NCBI GenBank assembly: GCA_964106645.2
Contig: OZ067051.1
Source of the DNA: Podarcis pityusensis
Lineage: Eukaryota
Direction: 5' to 3' (one strand)
DNA length: 64,000 nt
A program made the position numbers and the translations under genes. This document shows, one piece after another, positions 1 to 12,300 of this stretch. Under the pieces are notes generated by a model. That model searched no databases. It was not told the DNA's origin and worked only from the letters and a program-made list of their open reading frames with translations. Position 1 is the first letter of the stretch; each line of letters begins with the position of its first letter.

Positions 1-1932
1 GCTGGTGGGCTTCCCATTGGCACCTGGTTTGCCACTGTTAGAACAAGATGCTGGACTCGATGTGCCTTGGGCATGATCCTGCAGGGCTTTAGTTATGGCA
101 CTTCCAGATTGACTCCTATTCCTGCCATAGAGCTGCAGTTCCTGGAGTGGCTTAACAGTCAATCCCTCTTCCCAGGGAATTCTGGGAATTGTAGTCCTGT
201 GAGGGGAATAGGTCTCCTAACAACTCCCGGCACCCTTAACAAACTACAGTTCCCAGGATTCTTTCAGGGAAGTCGTGATAATTTAAAGTAGCATAATACT
301 GCTATAAAAGTATAACGCAGATGGAGGTTTAGTCACTTGTGGTGAGTGAAGGTTATTTCTTGGCTTCACCTTGCCCTTAGAGATTACATACATGTTCTCA
401 ATATTGTGGAATGACTAGATACCAATATTTATCCTGGCAGATGTCCAGTTCTTGAGGGCCATTTCATATAAACCTTGCACAAGAGCCCAAAGCAATCGTG
501 GCTCAGCGGCCATGGAATGCTGGCTGTTGAGGTATGGAAAATGTTGGGAGAAGGAATGTAATGGGGTGTCCTGGAAGAAGACATGCCCCTCCAAGCAAGA
601 GCATTCTGTGCTGCAACTTTTTGTTGCAGATCCCACTTGTACATTCCAGAAAAACAAACAAGTATCAGTGAGGGCAGAGGCCAAAGAAGGAGCAGACCGT
701 TTATGACATTATCTTAATTTGCAAGAGATAACTTAGGTTGCTGATGGCTCATTCGTACACACAAGAATCACAAAAGATTCATCATATTGTATCATTTGAT
801 TGTCACCTCAACTTTGAGGAGAGTCCATTCGCACATTATGCTCTGGTTATCAAGTGGATCAGCCCAAAGCACCCCTGAAATGACACGAACTTCTGCTCAG
901 AGATGAACATGTGTTCCTGCTATGTCACTGCTTGTTTGCATTAATTTTATCAAGACTGGGCCTAGCTATGCACCCACTTTGGTCCAATTCTCACAGCTGT
1001 TGGGAAGAAGGGATACTGCTCAGAACCGTTCCACACACCAGTCATAGCACCTCATGGTGACTATAACACACAAGATCTCAGGCAATATCTAAAAGCCATT
1101 TTGCAAATGCACCTATGGGAAGCTCTGATTCAGATGCTCTAAAATGCCTTATGCAGCTGAATGGAGGAAGTAATGTTTAGCCCAGTGTGACCACACTGGT
1201 CAGGCCACTTCCTGGTACTGATTTCTCCAAGTGTTTTTATTATTATTATTTAAATTAAAAATACAGGGTCTGCTGCAATCATGTGAATTGCTACCAAGAA
1301 GCAGCAGCAGTTAACCTGGCTGCTCAAAGTAAGACAATATGTTCTCAGTAGGGCAGCATCCATGAGTTCATTTATATGTAGGTTTTAGAGTAGGAAAAGG
1401 GAAACGCCAGGTGCTGCTGAACTACAACTCCCATCATTCCTGACCATTGACCATGCTACCTGGAGCTGATGGAAGTTGGAGTCTGACAACATTTAGAGGG
1501 CCAAAGGTTCCTCATTTCTGTTTCAGAGCATCTGATCTGGGTCAACATTGTCACCTTTCACTGTTGTGGGTGACTGTTTTTTAATGTTGTATGGGATGTT
1601 ATTACTTTATATGAATTTTTCTCTTGGTATCACGCATTTACGTAAATGTTTTTCACAGCAAGTCACTTGGAGATCTTTTTAGGTAACGAGCAACTAGCAA
1701 GTTTAATAAATAAAAGAATGGTGCCTAATAATTACACAGCATAGACCCACTGAAATTAATGGGCATGGCTCTTTGGCTTAGGTCTATTCATTTCCATGGA
1801 TCTATGCTGAGTAAAAGCTAGCTGGATGCAACCCAATATATAATTAAAACTAAAATGCAACCTGAAACCAACAATAACAGCAGCATGAAAATGCATAAAA
1901 GCAAATAAAACAGAAATTCAAAGGATCCAAAC

Positions 1933-1936
<4 letters not shown>

Positions 1937-1967
<31 letters not shown>

Positions 1968-2697
1968 TTTTATTTATATCCCGCCCTCGCCAACCGAAGC
2001 CGGGCTCAGAGCGGCTAACAACAGTAAAATGATACAACATTCTAAAATCATTTCATTATAAAATTAATTCAAATCAGATTAATGGCAACCATTGGGCTAG
2101 AGTTCTGTGAGGATTGCCAAAGGAGGGAGTCAGGCTGTGCCCTGGCCAAAGGCCTGGTGGAACAGCTCTGTCTTGCAGGCCCTGAAGAAAGATGTCAAGT
2201 CCCGCAGGGCCCTAGTCTCTTGTGACAGAGCATTCCACCAGATCAGAGCCACAGCTGAAAAAGCCCTGGCTCTGGTTGAGGCCAGCCTAACCTCTCTGTG
2301 GCCTGGGACCTCCAAGATGTTTTTGTTTGAAGACTGTAAGTTCCTCTGTGGGACATATCAGGAGAGGCGGTCCCGTAGGTACGAGGGTCCTAGGCCGTAT
2401 AGGGCTTTAAAGGTTAAAACCAGCACCTTAAACCTGATCCTGTACTCCACCGGGAGCCAGTGCAGCTGGTATAGCACCAGGTGAATGTGATCTCGCACCG
2501 AGGACCGCGTAAGGAGTCTCGCTGCCGCATTCTGCACCCACTGGAGTTTCTGGGTCAGTCTCAAGGGCAGCCCCACGTAGAGTGAGTTACAATAATCCAG
2601 TCTGGAGGTGACTGTCGCATGGATCACAGTGGCTAGGTCAGGATGAGAGAGGTAAGGCGCCAACTACTTAGCTTGGCGGAGATAAAAAAATGCCGCC
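1937..2697 (-). mobile_element. L2-clade LINE, 5'-truncated 3' fragment
   Basis: ORF2 C-terminal motifs VTSRLDYCNSLY...VQNAAARL...LHWLPVEYRIRFK. Ends in a simple (TTA)n tail at 1937-1965. Confidence 0.85.
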
Positions 2698-3295
2698 TAT
2701 AAAACCCTATAAAACAGGGTCCAGTCCGATAGGTCAAAAAGATGAGCCATGTAGCAGCAAAGGTTCAGTGGCAAGAACCCATTTTGCATGCAGAGGTTCC
2801 CTTCCTCTTCATTTAAGAAGCCTCACATGCCAGGTGAAGTGAAAGATCTTTGTATGAGACCCTGGACAGCTCCTGCCAGTTGAAGGTCAGAGCAGACAAT
2901 ACTATCTAATGATACACAGATGGACAAATTGGAATGTAAGAAGAGCCCCATAGGACCAGGCCAAAGGCTGTCTAGTCCAGCACCCTGTTTTCACAATGGC
3001 CAACTAGATAATGTATAATGATCACTATACGTGTATTTATGCCTCAACTTTCCCCCCTGACAGGGACTCGAGGCAGCTTACAGCCAAAATAAAGAACAGC
3101 TGAAAACTGGGAGGTGAGGAATGACAATTATTTAAAACCAATTCACACACATATGAATGAGATCTATTCAAAACATACAACCACAACAAAATCAGCATTG
3201 CACCAACACCCAATTAGATGCCTCAATGAATGAGAAGCCCAAAAGCAGAACCTTGAGCCCAGCAGTGCTATTATCCACACTGGTGATTCCCAGTA

Positions 3296-3449
3296 CAGTG
3301 GTATCTCGGGTTAAGTACTTAATTCATTCCGGAGGTCTGTTCTTAACCTGAAACTGTTCTTATCCTGAAGCAAAGTTCTTAACCTGAGGTACTATTTCTG
3401 GGTTAGCGGAGTCTGTAACCTGAAGCGTATGTAACCTGATGTACCACTA
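3296..3449. mobile_element. Tc1/mariner-superfamily (Tigger/pogo-like) MITE, internally deleted
   Basis: TIR CAGTGGTACCTCGGGTTA-like, flanked by TA. Confidence 0.75.
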
Positions 3450-3524
3450 TAGCTGGCTTTCAGAAGCATGCTGCCCGCCAATTTTAAATCCTGTAGTTTT
3501 AAGTACATAATCTTAAGGAAGCTT

Positions 3525-3740
3525 CTAGCATGGTGTGGGGTTGGGAATGTCTGACTAGGCCCTGAGAGATCAGGGTTCAAATTCCCAGTTGGCCATGAAA
3601 CTCACTGGGTGACCTTGGGCCAGTCACCCACCTCACAAGGCTGTTGTGGATTTAAATGAGGCGGGGAGGGGACCATGTGTGCCGATTTTCTGCTGCTTGG
3701 AGGAAAAGGTAGAATAGAACTGCAATCAACAAATAAATGT
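3525..3740 (+). mobile_element. tRNA-derived squamate SINE (relatives at about 9440-9605 -, 28750-28950 +, 35625-35780 -, 37930-38042 +)
   Basis: Shared core cagggttcaaat.ccc...ccatgaa.ctcactgggtgaccttgggccagtca in several copies. Confidence 0.6.
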
Positions 3741-3949
3741 GTTCCTCTGTGTGACCCAAATGACCTTAACTATGGGACGCTGTAATCCCAGGATGTAAAA
3801 CTCCTCTAAAAAATAAACAGAAATGGCTGCATTAAACACAATGAGATCGGGGCAGCAAGGCCGTAAACTAAGCAGTTCCTTGGATGTAAATCCTATTACA
3901 ATAAGTGGCAGCTGCTTTCAAATAAACTCCTTGCAAAAAGAAGGCTTCT

Positions 3950-5120
3950 TGGCGCAGCTGCAGGACACGAGCGTTCTGAAAGGCGCCGGCTGTGATTGGC
4001 CGTGTTCATAACAGGGGGCGGAGCACGCTCAGGACCCTCCTCCCTCCCTGCTCTCCTGTGTTGGTAAACGTTCTCCCTCAGACCCACGTGGCTTTGCGAG
4101 AGACGACCGCATGGCTCTTGCGCCCCGCGGCTTCCTGGGAACTGTAGTTCCTCGCCCCTCCCGCTTTCCTATAAGCTCCCTCCCAACTCGTTCACAACGT
4201 GACTACATTTCCCATGCGTAGCCGCGAGGGAAGGGGAGCCCGACCTCTCCCGCTAAACGCCGCCGCGCGAAGCACTCTGGGGCTTGTGGTTCGAGCGCGG
4301 AGCGGGAACCTTTCCCGCTTTTTTTTTTTAATAATCCTCCCTTTCCCTGCCCCGCCTCTCCCCTCCGAATGGGAGCAAGCTCACCTCTCCAACCCGCCCC
4401 CACCCTACAGAGGACTACGTTTCCCAGCAGGCCTCGGGACCCTTCCCCCCTCCTTCCCTCCCCCTTCGCCTCACCGCGCGCGCCCTTCCCTTCCCTCCCC
4501 CGCCCCCGCCTTCACTTTTGGCGGAGACATTTCCGAAGCGAGTCTCTCCAAGATGGCGGCATGGGGAAGGAGGCGCGCGGGCCCCGGCAGCTCCAGCGGA
4601 GGCGGCGCCGGCGCGAGGGAGAGGTGAGCGGCGGAGGCCCGGCTGGCTGCCCGGCGGCCTCCTCCCCGCCCCCGGCTCCCGGCCTTCACGCCCTGGGCCT
4701 AGGGGAGCCGAGGGCTGCTTCTCCCCTCACGCCCCCCTCAGGCCCCTCAGCTTCTCGGAGGCCTCCTCTTGGCCTTGCAGGGGACGAAGCGGGGGCCAGG
4801 CCTCGAGACTCGCCAACGGCGGCGAAGGCAGCTTCCGGGGCGCCTCTGTGGGACGGGAGAGCCGGGAAGGAGGGTGCGGGTTGGCCTTTGGGATAAGGGA
4901 GGGGATGGCCGGCTGGGAAGGAAGAGTGCTGCTAAAGGATTGCCCGAAGAAGCGGGGGGTGCCGAGGTCATTGGGTTTAGGAGGCAGGAGGGGTCGCTCC
5001 GGGGTTGGGGGGGCTAGAGGGGTGGCAGAGGCGAGGGAGGGGAAACGAGGCTTCGGCCTGTGCGGCACAAGGCCTTGGCATAAGTAGAACGAGGGGGCCA
5101 TCCTCGGGAGAAGCCAGGGG
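3950..5120 (+). promoter_or_regulatory. TMEM11 CpG-island promoter with three ZNF143/THAP11-type ACTAC..TCCCA motifs, an E-box and a YY1 motif
   Basis: GC/CpG-rich. Motifs at 4136-4148 (reverse), 4202-4214 and 4414-4426; CACGTG at 4085-4090; CAAGATGGCGGC (YY1 consensus) over the start codon. Confidence 0.75.
4553..4623 (+). CDS. TMEM11: TMEM11 coding exon 1 (transmembrane protein 11, mitochondrial)
   Basis: ATG at 4553 in aagATGG context encodes MAAWGRRRAGPGSSSGGGAGARE(R), matching the TMEM11 N-terminus. The AG|GTGAG donor at 4624 is phase 2 and joins exon 2 in frame. Confidence 0.96.
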
Positions 5121-6129
5121 CAGGAGGAGTTGGGGGCTGCAGGAGTTCATCCTTGGGGGAAAGGGGAGGGGAAGAATGGGGGGCGCAGGGAGTGGGGCGA
5201 GAGGGTGGGCACGGGATGGATTAGGGGTTGCAGGGCTCCTGGAGGAGGTGCTGCCGAAAGAGAGGTCAAACGAATGTGTGTGTGTGATATGGGGGGGGGG
5301 GGCCGCTGGAGGCACCAACGTGTGAAGCTTCTGTGAGCGAGGAGGAATCCAGTTGCCTCACGAGGTCTGGGTTCGGGGTGGGGGAAAGGTCGTGGCTCCA
5401 TCAGGCTGTGGGAAAAGTAGGTATCCCCTCACCGCAGCTTGGAGAGGGAGGGGCATCAGGCCTGTGGCAAGGGAAGGTCAGTACACAAAGTCCCTTAACT
5501 TAACTCCGGGCGTGTTTCACTCATCCCAGATGTTAGACCCGGAGGTGACAAGAGTAGCTTCTGCTTAGACTAAGAATATTCTTGGATGCTCTTAAAATCT
5601 ATTTTTGAAGGCCGCAAATGCTCCCCCAAAGTCCTCTGAGAGTGACCTCTTGGTGCACAGCTGTTCTTGTTGGTTGAGTGATTTATGTTTTTAGGTGTTG
5701 CATTGTTATGGATTCGGAAGGTTAGGGAGCTGGTGGGGTGGAATTAAGCTGGTGGCTCCTGGCTGTGGCAGTTTCACCCCCTTTGGCCATCAGCTCTCAC
5801 TTTACCTCTATGTAGATAATGGTAGGAGGTAAAACAAAGAATATTTACATAGTTTTCTTGTGGGGTTTCTCCCATTGCTCAAATTAACCCCAAAAGTTTT
5901 AACATATTGTATTTTTAGTTTTGAAGTTCAGTCTTTCGTTGTAAATATTCCCACTTTTAAGGGTAAGCTTCTAAAAGATCGGTATTTGCAACTCTCAGTT
6001 GAAACTATTGCTGTGTAACTCCTAATTATAATTTTGCATCCCAGTTTCAATGGTTTCAGCAAACTTCCCTAACTTCAGTTGTTGCTTGTTGCATTCTCTC
6101 CCATGAAGGCAGAATGAGGATTTTTTAGT

Positions 6130-6346
6130 TACAGATAGGTAGCCGTGTTGGTCTGCCATAGTCAAAATAAAAAAAATCCTTCCAGTAGCACCTTTAAGAC
6201 CAACTAAGTTAGTTCTTGGTATGAGCTTTCGTGTGCAAGCACACTTCTGTGTATCTGAAGAAGTGTGCTTGCACACGAAAGCTCATACCAAGAACTAACT
6301 TAGTTGGTCTTAAAGGTGCTACTGGAAGGATTTTTTTTATTTTGAC
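6130..6346. mobile_element. Penelope-like element remnant forming an 89-bp perfect inverted repeat
   Basis: Arms 6160-6248 and 6259-6347 are exact reverse complements. The sequence resembles reptile PLE termini (gaagaagtg...cacgaaagctca...gtcttaaaggtgctac; gtagccgtgttggtctg). 15-bp TSD TGAGGATTTTTTAGT at 6115-6129 and 6347-6361. Confidence 0.8.
6251..6288 (+). ncRNA. Minimal type I hammerhead ribozyme motif (Penelope-type)
   Basis: GUAU-CUGAAGA-A-GUGUG(CUUG)CACAC-GAAA-GC-UC^AUAC: conserved core, stem II, stem I GUAU/AUAC, and palindromic AGCU in place of helix III. Confidence 0.7.
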
Positions 6347-9300
6347 TGAGGATTTTTTAGTAATGGTTAGGGCATTTTAGACTACAGTGGAGAAAGGCAC
6401 AATTCTTCTGAAGTATCAATGAAAAGATAAATACTTTCAGCTTTATGTTAAAATGGTTGAAGCCAATAAGGAATAGATGAAATGAGCTCTTCCGTTGAAA
6501 AAGAGTTTAAGACTTCTAAGTCAATGTAATAAGAAAGTTACCCATATTGAGCGGAGTGTTTGTGAATATGCTAGAGCAGTTAGAACCTGGACCAATCATG
6601 TTTAAGGCAGTTAGAGGCAACTGGGTAAAGAAATGTTCTGTGTTGCATGTGAAGTCTGCAGAAGTGTTTTTCTGAGAGTCTGTTGCTTGGGAAGCTGATA
6701 TAGTCCAAAACTGCTGGAAGGAATCAAGTTGGGGAATGCTGACTTAAACAATGGTTATGCATTGGCTGCAAACAAGTGTGTGAAACTATGGTTTGAATAG
6801 CAAATCTTGGGATTGCGCTAACCAGGGTTAAGTTTTAATCTGCAGCGACAAACTGGTAAAAGCAGGTTCTTTGTGCCTTTGCTTGGAGGATTAGAAGCTG
6901 GGCTTATTGGCACCTATACCTGCTCTCCAGAGACTGGGTTTAGCCCAACCAGCATCATTGTATGACTGAGTTCTCGATCAGAGTGAAGTCAACAAATCCC
7001 AGCGGGAACTAACCATAGCTAAGTGTTATGTCTGCCATAGGTAATTGGAAAACAGTGTATGCTGGTTGGTAATGTGGCTCATAACAGGAGTTGAGTAATA
7101 TTCCTGTTTTTGTAAACAAGTAGATCATACCCAGAGTAGACCCATTTAAAAATGGTCATAACTAACTATTACTTACTTTGATGCAACCCATGGTAGGGAT
7201 GATGGGTGTAGTTTTAACCCCTGTTTACATGCAGCTGACTCAAGAAATGTTCCAGTTCTTTGTTTCTGGCTGAAATAATTATTAACCCCTTGTATTATGG
7301 CTTCTACCCTTCTCTCCATTGAGAAGCTGGAAATGTATATGTCTGTTTTCTGCCCATCTTTTTTCAGTGTCCCCTTCTGAGTAACATCTGTGTGACTTTG
7401 GCTGCCAGGAATGTGTTTTGGACGCAGAACAGATCTAGTGTTCATCAAGTAACCACAGAATACGTGCAGCTTTCATGGTAGATGTATTTCCCTTCATTTG
7501 TCAGTAGGTTATACCTGCTTCCTGCTTCTTGGATTTCCCATCAATGAGCTTTTTTAAAAATATGCTTTCAGGCTATTTTGATGCTAGGCAGTTAGCTTAA
7601 AAGGGAGTCTTGTTGACATGAGAGGGTTAATGTTGGGTGAATGACTAATGAATAAAATATTGTCTGGCATGATGGAATATGGTCAAATTTAATAATATAG
7701 CAGATACCTCAAACCAGTCAGAGGCATCTCTTTGAGTTAGAATTCCAGTAAATTGTCTGTTCAGATGCTGCTCTTTGACAGGCTGCCTCTTATATTATGA
7801 TGTTTGACTGTGGTTGAAATACTAATGAAGGCATGGGGCCTACTTTTTAGCTACATCACGCTGTCAGCTTTTTAGGGCTTCTCCCCTTCCCAGCTTTACA
7901 GGGGTAGTAGAGCACTTACTGCGCATGCAGAAGATCCCAGAATCAATATCCAGCATCTCCAGGTATGAGTTGGGGAAGTCTCTTGTCTGTAATCCTGGAG
8001 AGATGCTGCCAGTTAGACAGTACTGAACTAGATTGATAAACGGTCTGACTTTGTATACAACAGATTGCTCGTTAGGGGCAGGTAACCACTGACAACTTCA
8101 ACCAGCTGCTATTTCTCCATCTCATCCCTCACCCTCATCATGATCTGGGGATAATAGACTACATCAGTTAGAGCAGTAATGGTTTCTTTAGATCAAGCAT
8201 TGGTCCACATTCCCTCAATGGGCACCTTTCCAGGGATCACATGCCACAGGAAGAGGCTGAGGATGGATGGAACTTTCTCCATTGTATAGCAGGCTTCATT
8301 CCAGTCAGGTTTCTACATACACTTCCCTCTCCATTCAGGGAAGCAAGGGCATTAGCACAGTTCAAGGGCGCATTCCAACCAAGCCAGGAGCATTCAAGAA
8401 AGTGCTGAGCAAGGCTAGGGAGGGGACGCAGCCTGGAAGAACCAATACAGGGGCCTGAGGTTCCCCACCTTTGGATTACGTAGTGTCATCGGCATATCTG
8501 GTACAGTATTCAGCCAAAATATATAAGTGCATTTGGGACAGATACCTACAGTCAAAGAAGAAGGAGGGAGGAATGTTGGCAAATGCAGTTTAATGTCTTA
8601 AACCTTTGTTATAGTTAGGAATGAGGATTAAAGGAGTAATCCAAATACTATGCAGAAGATATGGGTTTTGCAGAGGAGAGTGGAGGCACCACATTTGCTT
8701 GGGGTGGGAATTCCATGCCAAGGATGGAATAAAAAATGACCAGTCTTGGAAGTACTTGGAATGTTCAAAAGTGTTTATGTGTTAAGTGTTATGTGTAGTA
8801 CAAGCTTGTGTACTAATAGTGAACTTAATTCTCCGAGCAATGATCCTTATGAAACCAAAATGGCATCATTCACACACAAGATGGAGGTATTGGCAGCCTT
8901 TTATTAGATTTATACAATGCAACTTCCTCCAAAGGAGCGTATGGCAGCAAACATATCAATACTAAATACAAATAAAACTTGTAGAAACAGTTTGGAACAA
9001 CCTTCTGAAAACCAGTTTAAAATGCCTAAAAGCAATTGTCTGCTCTCAAACTAATAATTTCAGGATTGCCAGGGACATGACTTTCAGTCATCAAAAGCCT
9101 GACTAAATAATGTTTTGAAATTTCTCTTAAAAATTAATAGTGAGGGAGACAGATGTGCCTCATTAGGGGGGCATTCCACAAACATGGGGCACGCCACTGG
9201 CCAGGCACCTCCAAGTGGCTGCAACACCAGCAGGTTCTCCCCTGGTGATTGTATAGACTGAGCACTGTTCAAAATTCACCAGGCGAATTATGAGCGGTCC

Positions 9301-12300
9301 AATTGTGACCATGTGGAGATCTTTGGGTGTTGGTGACCGGCATCTCTATCTGGCTGGTCCCTCCAGCTTTCTTAAGCAGGTAAGCAGAAGAGCTTGCTTA
9401 TTGCTTTTATCTCCCACTTTTTTCTGAAAGGAGTACATGGTTTACCCCCCTTCTCAGCTAATCCCTACAACCACCCCATGAGGTAGGTTAGGAGGCTGTG
9501 ACTGGCCCAAGCTCACTCAGGGAGCATCATGACTGAGTGGGGATTTGAACCCTGATCTCCTAGGTTCTAGGTCCAACACTCTAACCACTGCTCCACACTG
9601 GCTTCCTAAAGTACTTATGCTCTAAGGCAGCTCTACAAATTACATAGGTAAATATGGCGAAAGCCAAATTCATTTAAGAGAAGGATCTGGAATATTTTCC
9701 TTGAAGCTTGAATTTGTTATGTTCTGGATTGTTTTATTTGATGTTTTAATGTGTTGTAAACTGCTTTGACATTTTTTTCCTTTAAAATATAAAGTGGTAT
9801 AGAAATGAAATTAATAACAATAATTAATCCCATTGCAAAAAAGGGCACCTAGACACTCCATTGTGACACTATAACCTAGGTTTAAGGTGCTATTTGGCAA
9901 TTAGCTTGTGTATCAATGAGTTTCTAACGCTGGGCCTGAGATGGCTGGTACTGTTTTAAAAAACCGAAAAGACAGAGCGGGGAGTCTGCAAGGTGGGTCC
10001 CATGAGGAAAGGACATGCGCAGTGGCCATAGAGCACTTATTAATATCGGAGGGGTGGAGGTGAAAACTGGGTGGGAAGAATAGGGTGGAGGAATAATCCA
10101 CTGCAGCATTTTGTTGCAACCTCCACTTGTTCCATCTGTTTCAGATATTCAGGCAGTGAGAGTGCCGTCGCATATATAGCCAGAGCGGTACCATCCACAA
10201 GGCAGAGGGAGGTGTCAGCAGGCTCGGAGGAACCTTGAGGTTTGCAGAAGTACAATAAACATTTAGAGAAACTAGCAATTTACTGTGATTATATGATCCT
10301 GTGATTGTTTTCTTGTGTGAAACACTAGGCGCACATTCAGCTGTGTGACTCTTCAAGTTGATCAAACACAGTGGACAACCTACTTTTATTCAGCTCTGAA
10401 GTTTTGGCTTTTCCATTCTGAGTGAAAATCTGCTGGGCCACTTCACATGCGTTGCTGTCCTTTCTTTTGTTTCATGTGCCCCTCTTCAACGCTCTCTTGA
10501 GCATGGCTTTGCATCAGGGGGCTGATATTAATGGTAATACCTAGACTACACTACAGTGTGTGTGGTTAGGCGTTCTGGGGTGGGCATCCTCTCCATTCAG
10601 CTCTGATCTCCAGTTACTGCCCTGTTGTTGCAGCTCTGAGGTTTCCCCAGCAATCTTGTCAAACCATGTACAGCCTTGGTGGTACTGAATTCTTTAACCA
10701 TGGTTAGCATTGAAAGAGTTTGATACACATAACACATGCTTGTCTTCGGCTGTGCCAGAAAGTGCTGACCCTAGCGATTAGACTTGGGACAAAGTGATCC
10801 AAGACCCCTACGGTGTGCGGCTCTTGGTATTTAATGGCATTTGAAAGATCATGCAATTATTCGGATGTACCCTTCTATACTTGACACACCATGTGACGTA
10901 AACTTTGCCAGTCGGCAGTGCAAGAATTCCTCTACTTCCAAGAACCACTTCTTTGTCCTCGTTTGATTTAAATAACATTTTATTTCATTTCTTAATAACT
11001 GACACGGAGAGAATTTGATATAAAAAATTGTCCAAAAGGCATTCAGAAATGCTTGCACTCTACAATGTTTATGGTAGTACTTTGGTTTTGGTATTCCCCT
11101 CCAAGGCATCTCTTGAACCTAGGCTTCTGTCATTTAGGTGCTGGGTTAAAACTGTATTTTTACTGTGGCTTTTAATTGAATTATGACCTGCCTTTTTTTA
11201 ACAGGCTGCTGGTTTTCATTGGCACAACTTTTTATTATTTTTATGACCTGCGTTTCAACTTTATATTGTAAGCTGCTTTGAGCATATTTGATGGAAAGGT
11301 GAGATAGAATGTGGATTGTCAACTGATTGTTTAGTTGGTCTGCTGTGCAAATCACCAGTTGATTATTAAATGGGGATGTTACAGGTACCTCATATATGTG
11401 CCTTTTGTGACACAGAAGGTGTAAAAGTGTAAAGCTGTAAAGCAGTAGTTTAAAAACTGCTGCTCATTGTTGGGACGGAAGGTCATCTTAGCATTTCCGT
11501 TCATTGCCTATTACAGGAAGGCACGAAAATGACATCAGAGAACAAACATGTGCCTTTAGCTTGCATTGCAGTGGATTAAAATTTGCCCCCCACCAATTAA
11601 CTAAAGGATTAGTTGAGTGATCAACCAATTACAGCTTGCAGCAGTACTATGTATGCGTGTGAATGTATGTGAGGTTTTCAAATTCCTATGCAGCTGAATG
11701 CAGGAATTTCTCCCGCTGTGGGTGTGTATACATTAAAGCTTGCAGTCTTGAAACATACATTTTTGCTATTGCTAGATCTTCCCTCTCCTGCCCCTGCCCC
11801 CCGACCCCCTGCTGGGCTGTCTCAAATGTATGAAGAGGCAATCCTGTCCCAGCTGTAGGTTTATTTGTGCTGTACTTTATATGCAGGGTTCAGACTTAAT
11901 CTCGGGGTTCTTGGGTGACAAGTGTACAGACTTTCATCTTCAATGTATTGAAGCCCATGGGTTTTCGCAACTGGTGAATGCAGTGTTGTTGTTTTAAAAG
12001 GAATTCCTAATGAGGCTGTCACATGATGGATAGCCTCTATGGATTTCTCTACACGCTTCTCGAGATTCTAATCCTTGCTCTGATTTAGAGAGAGAATTGG
12101 GTGTGCTGAGCTTTTTTGCAACAGTGCTAAAATTTGCACCCCTCCCAGTGTCATCGGTGGGAACGTTATTCCAGGCAGACGCTAAACAAACTCCACACCA
12201 TACAAAGCTTCCCTTTGTTTTGGATGAGAGGGTCTAGAAAAAGAATGTGTAGAGTACACAGCTGCTCCAAAGCTTTGTTCCATCCCATTTTGAACAAAGG

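Noticed and set aside
4214-4552. In-frame upstream ATG that would add 113 aa to TMEM11
   Set aside because: It lies among promoter motifs, probably upstream of the TSS. Context is weak, the product is low-complexity, and homology starts at 4553.
4199-5568. Cluster of overlapping ORFs on both strands
   Set aside because: Stop-codon depletion in a CpG island; the translations are Pro/Gly/Arg low-complexity.
9283-9379. Possible 97-nt cassette (poison) exon in TMEM11 intron 1 with a CAG|GTAAGC donor
   Set aside because: The acceptor lacks a polypyrimidine tract and there is no supporting evidence; such sites arise by chance.
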